Below, one piece after another: positions 7,223 to 11,800 of a DNA stretch of 11,800 nt. Each line of letters starts with the position of its first letter. Position 1 is the stretch's first letter. The notes below the pieces were generated by a model. The model was not told the DNA's origin and did not search any database. It worked only from the letters and a program-made list of their open reading frames with translations. A program made the translations under genes and the position numbers. The stretch is from Thermodesulfovibrionales bacterium (GTDB taxonomy: Bacteria; Nitrospirota; Thermodesulfovibrionia; Thermodesulfovibrionales; SM23-35), in assembly GCA_963715195.1 (NCBI GenBank), contig CAVQRT010000012.1:1-11800 (forward strand), in the 5' to 3' direction.

Positions 7223-7951
7223 CTAAAGTCCTCCCACTGAAGAATCAGATTCCAAGTTCTGAAGTAACTGAATAGTCTCTTCCAATCTTTTAATGTTATC
7301 CTCTGAAATACTTTCAAATGCTATCCCAATATCGTAGGTTTCTGGTTTTTCTCCTGCTATAACATTGCAGGATGCTACCCTTCCTGTAATATAGATATGT
7401 TCATCTCCGAGAAGAAACAGTTCCATCTGAATACTTTTTCCCACTTCTAATGCACGTTGGCTTTCAATAAGCATACCGCCTAAACTTAAATTTTTTGTCC
7501 TATATTTCTCATGGAAAAATACTGTAGCTTCCTTTTCCTGAATGCTGCTGAATCTGACATATAATCTTGTTCCGGTCTTTTTGTAGGCCTCAACTTTTTC
7601 CTCTTCCTCTTCACAATTAGTTTCAATAAAAGCAGATATCTCTTTTATCTTTTCATCTGTGAGATCCATAAATTGCATGCCTGCAGTATATATCGGAATA
7701 ACATTTCCAAGATTGTCTTTCTCAGTTTTCGTTAGAAAAGACCACATTATTTTGCCTTTTACCGTAAAAGACGTGTTTTGACCATTTATTGTCAATAGAG
7801 ATTGACTACCTACAGACAATTGTTTGTCAGTTTTTAATGCTAACCCACCAAGGCTGATGTTGAGTATCCTCACATGTTTGGCCAGCACCATTTTGCCAGT
7901 AATTTTGAGAGCATCAACTTTATACCGCTTATGTCGTCTTTCAGCATGCAT
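7223..7951 (-). CDS. Tandem double PilZ-domain protein (putative c-di-GMP receptor)
   Basis: Domain 1: RRHKR + NISLGG...G.I.W...AGMQF. Domain 2: RLYVR + NLSLGG...GRV...IGIAF. Both have the RxxxR and [D/N]xSxxG PilZ motifs. Confidence 0.92.
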   Translation of the reverse strand: MHAERRHKRYKVDALKITGKMVLAKHVRILNISLGGLALKTDKQLSVGSQSLLTINGQNTSFTVKGKIMWSFLTKTEKDNLGNVIPIYTAGMQFMDLTDEKIKEISAFIETNCEEEEEKVEAYKKTGTRLYVRFSSIQEKEATVFFHEKYRTKNLSLGGMLIESQRALEVGKSIQMELFLLGDEHIYITGRVASCNVIAGEKPETYDIGIAFESISEDNIKRLEETIQLLQNLESDSSVGGL

Positions 7952-8022
7952 AGATGTTCTAAGAAATGGAGATTATAATATCTTATCTTATAACATAGCT
8001 AAATGTGAGACTACTTATAAAC

Positions 8023-8058
8023 AAAAAAAATAGGGGCGAGATTTCGATCTCGTCCCTT
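8023..8058 (-). terminator. Rho-independent terminator after the NHL-repeat gene
   Basis: Minus strand AGGGACGAGAT-CGAA-ATCTCGCCCCT followed by ATTTTTTTT. Confidence 0.85.
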
Positions 8059-8168
8059 TATTACTCCGTTTTTTGGAAAGCATTGACTAATTCAGATATA
8101 CCAAGGTTCATCAAAAAATCATTCGCATCATCAATTCTGCCTGATCAATATAATATAGTTCTCCGCAC

Positions 8169-9672
8169 CTATTTCCTCTTGTCATGTGGCACAACTACCG
8201 TAGCACTGAGTTTATGTGGTCCTGAACAATCTTCAACTGTGACATTGATGATGTAACTTCTCCCTTGAGAGTTACCTGCTCTTTTGCTCCGAAGATTCAC
8301 GCTTAGCGCATCCGTGATCTGATAGTCTGGCTCAAGAATATTTTCTTCATATATATCCCGGCCTTTCTTATCCATCTCGATTACATTCACAGAGTCTATC
8401 TGCATTATCGCAAACGGGCTTGATGAAACGATATTCGAAACATCGATTGTAACGGGAATCATGCGATTATCAGGCGGCCACAGTATTGCTTTCGAGGGCA
8501 ATATGCTCCCGGTTATGCCTTTACTATTACATTCATCGCAAACGTCTCCAATACCATCATTATCCATATCTGCCTGATCCTTGTTTGGGTATTCTGGACA
8601 GTTATCTTCATTGCCACACACTCCATCTTTATCAAGATCGTTGGATGGATCATCTGGGCAGGTATCGCAGACGTTACCGATATTGTCCTCATCGGTGTCC
8701 TCCTGTGACGGATTAAAAACATCGACGCAATTGTCCTCTGAGTCTGCGATGTCGTCACCGTCAGCGTCTTCGAGAGCTGATTTAAATATCTGGATGCGAC
8801 TATTGCCCGTGTCCGAGACGAGTATTTCCCCCAAAGGTCCCGTGTTAACGCGGACAGGATAGTCGAATGCGCCTTCCTCGGTGCCTGGTTTTCCCCATTC
8901 TGTGAGGAGGTCACCTTCAGGAGTGAATTTCATGATGGTGCTTGTCTGTGGAAAAATGGCGTAGACATTATCTGAAGAGTCTGTTGCGAGGCTGTATACC
9001 GTCCCCGTGGGCCATGCCGCGAGGGGAATTCCGTCTCCGTCGAATTTCTGGATGCGAAGATTCAATGTGTCGGCCACATAGACGTTTCCTTTGCCATCAA
9101 CCGCCACGTCAAAGGGTGATCTGAACTGCCCCCGATCCGAACCTGTACCGCCCCATTCCGTGACGGGGATCCCCTCTGAAGTTAATTTTTGAACGGTGTT
9201 ATCCACAGAATTGGTGACATACACATATGTGATAACGCTTCCGTCGGAATCGATATCCGAGTGTGTCGCGATTCCAATTGGGATGAACGGAGAACTGCTG
9301 TTGCCAAACTGCAAGAGGAGATTCCCATCCTGATCGAACTTTGTTACCCCTGCCGCGTCTGCCACATACACATTATTTGAAGAGTCAGTCGCGATATCCC
9401 ATGCAGTGGGGCACGCTGATGAGTCCTCTGCCCCGCAGCTCGTCCATTCGTCGAGAAACGAACCAGTTTTGTTGAATTTTCTTATTTGCATAGAGTAGCC
9501 GTCAACCACGTATATGTTTCCGAGTGTATCCTGTGCAACTCCCCAAGGAAAGGGGGTTGACCACTGCCTGTCAAAAACAGGCGGATCTTCAATGGCATAA
9601 GCTACGCTTGCCGACTGTTAAAACCATGCATACAAACACTGCGTTATATACGATGCTCTTTGCCTGGTACAT
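8169..9672 (-). pseudogene. Secreted NHL-repeat (beta-propeller) + TSP3-like Ca-binding protein, ~500 aa when repaired; 1-bp frameshift in the signal peptide (annotated ORF 8169-9509 is the N-truncated part)
   Basis: SD AAAGGGAGG and ATG at 9672 give MYQAKSIVYNAVFVCMVLTV. Removing one base near 9612 continues ASVAYA/IEDPPVFDRQWSTPFPWGVAQDTLGNIYVVDG into the 446-aa ORF. NHL motifs GQFRSPFDVAVDGKGNVYVADTLNLRIQKF and GAFDYPVRV..GEILVSDTGNSRIQIF. DNC..NP.Q.D.D.D.IGDVC repeats. C-terminal LWPP...LRSKR.G..GRSY...VPHD domain. Product call is confident; a real frameshift cannot be told from a sequencing error here. Confidence 0.8.
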
Positions 9673-9762
9673 CTTTTCCTCCCTTTAGGTAGATATGTCT
9701 CGTTGACATACCTTCGTGACAAAATGACCGGACTAATACTCAGTTCCGATCCCCCTTTAAAT

Positions 9763-9795
9763 AAAAAAAGCCTACCCCGAAAGGTAGACTTTTTT
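9763..9795 (-). terminator. Intrinsic terminator forming the riboswitch expression platform
   Basis: Minus strand AAGTCTACCT-TTCG-GGGTAGGCTT followed by a U-run. Starts a few nt after the aptamer and ends about 90 nt before the ATG at 9672. Confidence 0.88.
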
Positions 9796-9798
9796 ACC

Positions 9799-9888
9799 GC
9801 CACTTCGATAACCCCTCTTTCCCTTTTTCAACCCCAGGAAAGGTGGCTTTGTGTCGCTTGATCGCTCAAGCTTTACCTTTTCGGTGGC
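9799..9888 (-). ncRNA. GEMM-I / c-di-GMP-I-type riboswitch aptamer (variant pocket G20/A47/U92)
   Basis: Minus strand GCCAC-CGAAAAG-GTAAA-GCTTGA-GCGA-TCAAGC-GACAC-AAAGCCACC-TTTCCT...AGGGAAAG-AGGGGTTATCGAA-GTGGC. Has the GYAAA / GACRCAAAGCC / GGGUUAYCGAA landmarks, a GNRA-capped P2, a covarying GU/AC pair (Vc2 has GC/GC) and a closing GCCAC/GTGGC P1. Sits in a 5' leader followed by a terminator. Confidence 0.87.
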
Positions 9889-10410
9889 ATTAGCTAGTAT
9901 GTCATGTATCTTAAATCATCTTAAAAACCGCTCCAGCATAAAATAAGTTCTTTGGTCCTTAATGATATTAATACCACACCGTTATCAAGTAATCGGTGTT
10001 TTGAATCACATCGAGTAAAAGAATTGTCGTGATAACTATTTGCTAATTCCTGTATAAATAACGGGACCTGATTGAATATAAGTTCCAGGAAGTTTTTTTA
10101 CCTGTGTGGTTCTTAATAATAGCGTTGACTGCTCATGGCGGCTGTCTATGTTTTCTTGGGAAATAGGTAAACCTCGAAAATGTCAGATTTGCGTATTCCT
10201 ATGTGCAGGTGAGAAAAAAGGTATGCACAGTATGGGACGAATGTAACAAAACAATGATTGAGAACCTAAGAGGCAAAATAACTTCCTGTAATGTTGTATA
10301 AATAGAACCTAGTTAATCAACAACAGTCCTTTTGAAAATCAATATGCTCACATTTGTTGTGATATGCTAAGCTGGTCTAATAACCGCGGCAGCATTTTTA
10401 AAGGGGCGCA

Positions 10411-11064
10411 ATGAAATCAAGAATTTCAAAACTTGCATCTGCTTGGGATAATGAATACCTTAGCAATGAACTGGGACTGATCTATGAACCATTATGGAGA
10501 ACTGTTTCGGATTGTTTATTATCTGTATCCACTGGGCAAATCATTGATTTCGGATGTGGTGACGGAAGATACTCATTTCTTTTAAACGACATGGGATTCG
10601 ATGTGATCGGAATTGACCTTTCATCCAAGGCTATAAAATTAGCTGAGAAAATACAAAACGAGCGAAGCATTGAGGGAATACAGTTCACTGTGAATGACGG
10701 TATCTCTAATCAAATTCTGGACAATTCCATTAATGCGGTAATGCTCAATACTTATCACTGTCTGACATCTTCCTTACGCAAAATTGTCATGAATTCTGTT
10801 AGCCGAGTATTGACTCAGCAAGGTTTATTGATATTGAGCGCCCTGACACTTGAAGATGAATCTTACCCCCGCAATAAATGGATTGAAATAGCATCGAACA
10901 CTTATAACGATAGGACAGGAAAGCTCTTCCATTTTTTCTCCAAAGATGAACTTGTCTCAGAGCTTCATTCATTTAAAATCACTAGTATTGAAAAGCTTGA
11001 GAATATTGTTCCCTCCGTGGGGAAAAAGAGTTCACTTTATGTTGTATTTGCCATGAAAAAGTAA
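10411..11064 (+). CDS. Class I SAM-dependent methyltransferase
   Basis: Motif I IIDFGCGDG, VIGIDLS, and later RVLTQQGLLIL (motif-III-like). SD AAAGGGG upstream. Confidence 0.9.
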   Translation: MKSRISKLASAWDNEYLSNELGLIYEPLWRTVSDCLLSVSTGQIIDFGCGDGRYSFLLNDMGFDVIGIDLSSKAIKLAEKIQNERSIEGIQFTVNDGISNQILDNSINAVMLNTYHCLTSSLRKIVMNSVSRVLTQQGLLILSALTLEDESYPRNKWIEIASNTYNDRTGKLFHFFSKDELVSELHSFKITSIEKLENIVPSVGKKSSLYVVFAMKK

Positions 11065-11112
11065 TGCAAATGAAAGGCATTCTTCTTTCTGAACTCTTTA
11101 CTATTAGATGTT

Positions 11113-11121
11113 TGCTATAAT
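11113..11121 (+). promoter_or_regulatory. Extended -10 sigma-70-type promoter element
   Basis: TGCTATAAT (TGn-TATAAT) about 40 bp upstream of the 11163 ATG, in an intergenic gap. Confidence 0.5.
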
Positions 11122-11162
11122 TATCAAAATTTCAGTTTTAATCAACATCCCCGGCAAAGTGC

Positions 11163-11549
11163 ATGGTTATCAAACGTCACATAAAAAATCCACTTCAAAA
11201 GAAGGCCAAGAAAGGATTTCGCGGTTACCCCGTAGCGACCATTGCCTATTATGGTTCAAATAACGAAACAGCTTCAAAAGTAGCGGTCGGCATTATATTT
11301 GAGGAAGGTGCTGAGCCCACATACATGGAGAGGTGGGTTTCGGAGCACACAGATGTTCGAACTGATCTTACGATCAACAAAGAAATTCTGCAATTTATCG
11401 AAAAACATCCTGTGCGAAGCGTTGTAATTACAGATAGGATTATCGGTTGTCCTCACGAAGAAGGCGTTGATTATCCAGAAGGTGATGTCTGTCCAAAATG
11501 TCCTTATTGGGCTCACCGCGATCGCTGGACTGGTAGTACTATTCATTGA
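11163..11549 (+). CDS. Hypothetical protein with C-terminal Cys/His cluster (putative metal-binding)
   Basis: 128-aa ORF with a basic N-terminus, RGYPVATIAYYG...ASKVAVGI and GCPHEEGVDYPEGDVCPKCPYW. Upstream -10 element. Confidence 0.8.
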   Translation: MVIKRHIKNPLQKKAKKGFRGYPVATIAYYGSNNETASKVAVGIIFEEGAEPTYMERWVSEHTDVRTDLTINKEILQFIEKHPVRSVVITDRIIGCPHEEGVDYPEGDVCPKCPYWAHRDRWTGSTIH

Positions 11550-11800
11550 TGTTCAATTGTTCTTCCTGAAGCAAAGATTTTATTAATGAGCCTCGCGATA
11601 GCGGATTGTTCCTGAAAATCATGAGATTTAAGTCTTGTACCTCAAAAATATTTTCAAAAAGCAATATTGCCAAGAAAAAAAGCAATAATCTTATAGACAA
11701 GTATCACATAAAGGGGTAAGCTATTTTATATATTCCAAAATCGTTAATCCTTCTATTTGATGTATGCTCAAAAGATATCTATCAAATATTTTTTGATATG

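Noticed and set aside
9199..9207. TTATCCACA (DnaA-box consensus)
   Set aside because: Single occurrence inside a coding region with no cluster or origin context.
7824..9803. Small ORFs overlapping pilZ, the NHL gene or its leader (7824-8033, 8005-8256, 8486-8716, 8513-8914, 8581-8862, 8942-9124, 9189-9380, 9618-9803)
   Set aside because: Shadow ORFs. 9618-9803 runs through the riboswitch terminator, lacks an SD and has no protein-like features.
9900..10410. ~500-bp AT-rich divergent intergenic region examined for sRNA, second riboswitch or small gene
   Set aside because: Only a short ACACCG/CGGTGT hairpin and weak promoter-like hexamers; nothing supportable.
10482..11546. Minus-strand ORFs 10482-10688 and 11274-11546
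   Set aside because: Antisense to better-supported + strand genes.

Overview
Bacterial accessory region. From left to right: (1) a full-length 1,250-bp IS3-family element (33-1282, minus strand; 26-bp imperfect TG...CA inverted repeats, orfA/orfB with an A7G -1 frameshift site) whose orfB carries an in-frame nonsense codon. (2) A 1,586-aa secreted mosaic protein (minus): signal peptide, Cys-rich insert, HEXXH Zn-metallopeptidase with a 7-repeat beta-propeller nested inside it, CARDB-like, Ca-binding TSP3-like repeats, and Ig-like/putative anchoring C-terminal domains. It is preceded by a candidate sigma-54 promoter with a perfect 14-bp inverted-repeat enhancer-like site. (3) A tandem double-PilZ protein (minus). 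(4) A secreted NHL-repeat/TSP3 protein (minus) whose true start and signal peptide are cut off by a 1-bp frameshift; its leader holds a GEMM-I (c-di-GMP-I-type) riboswitch and an intrinsic terminator. The aptamer has U rather than the canonical C at the ligand-pairing position equivalent to Vc2 C92. (5) Divergently, a class I SAM methyltransferase and a small Cys/His-motif hypothetical protein. The best lead is a cyclic-dinucleotide-linked cluster of extracellular beta-propeller proteins with a variant-pocket riboswitch. All family calls come from reading motifs by eye; no database searches were run.
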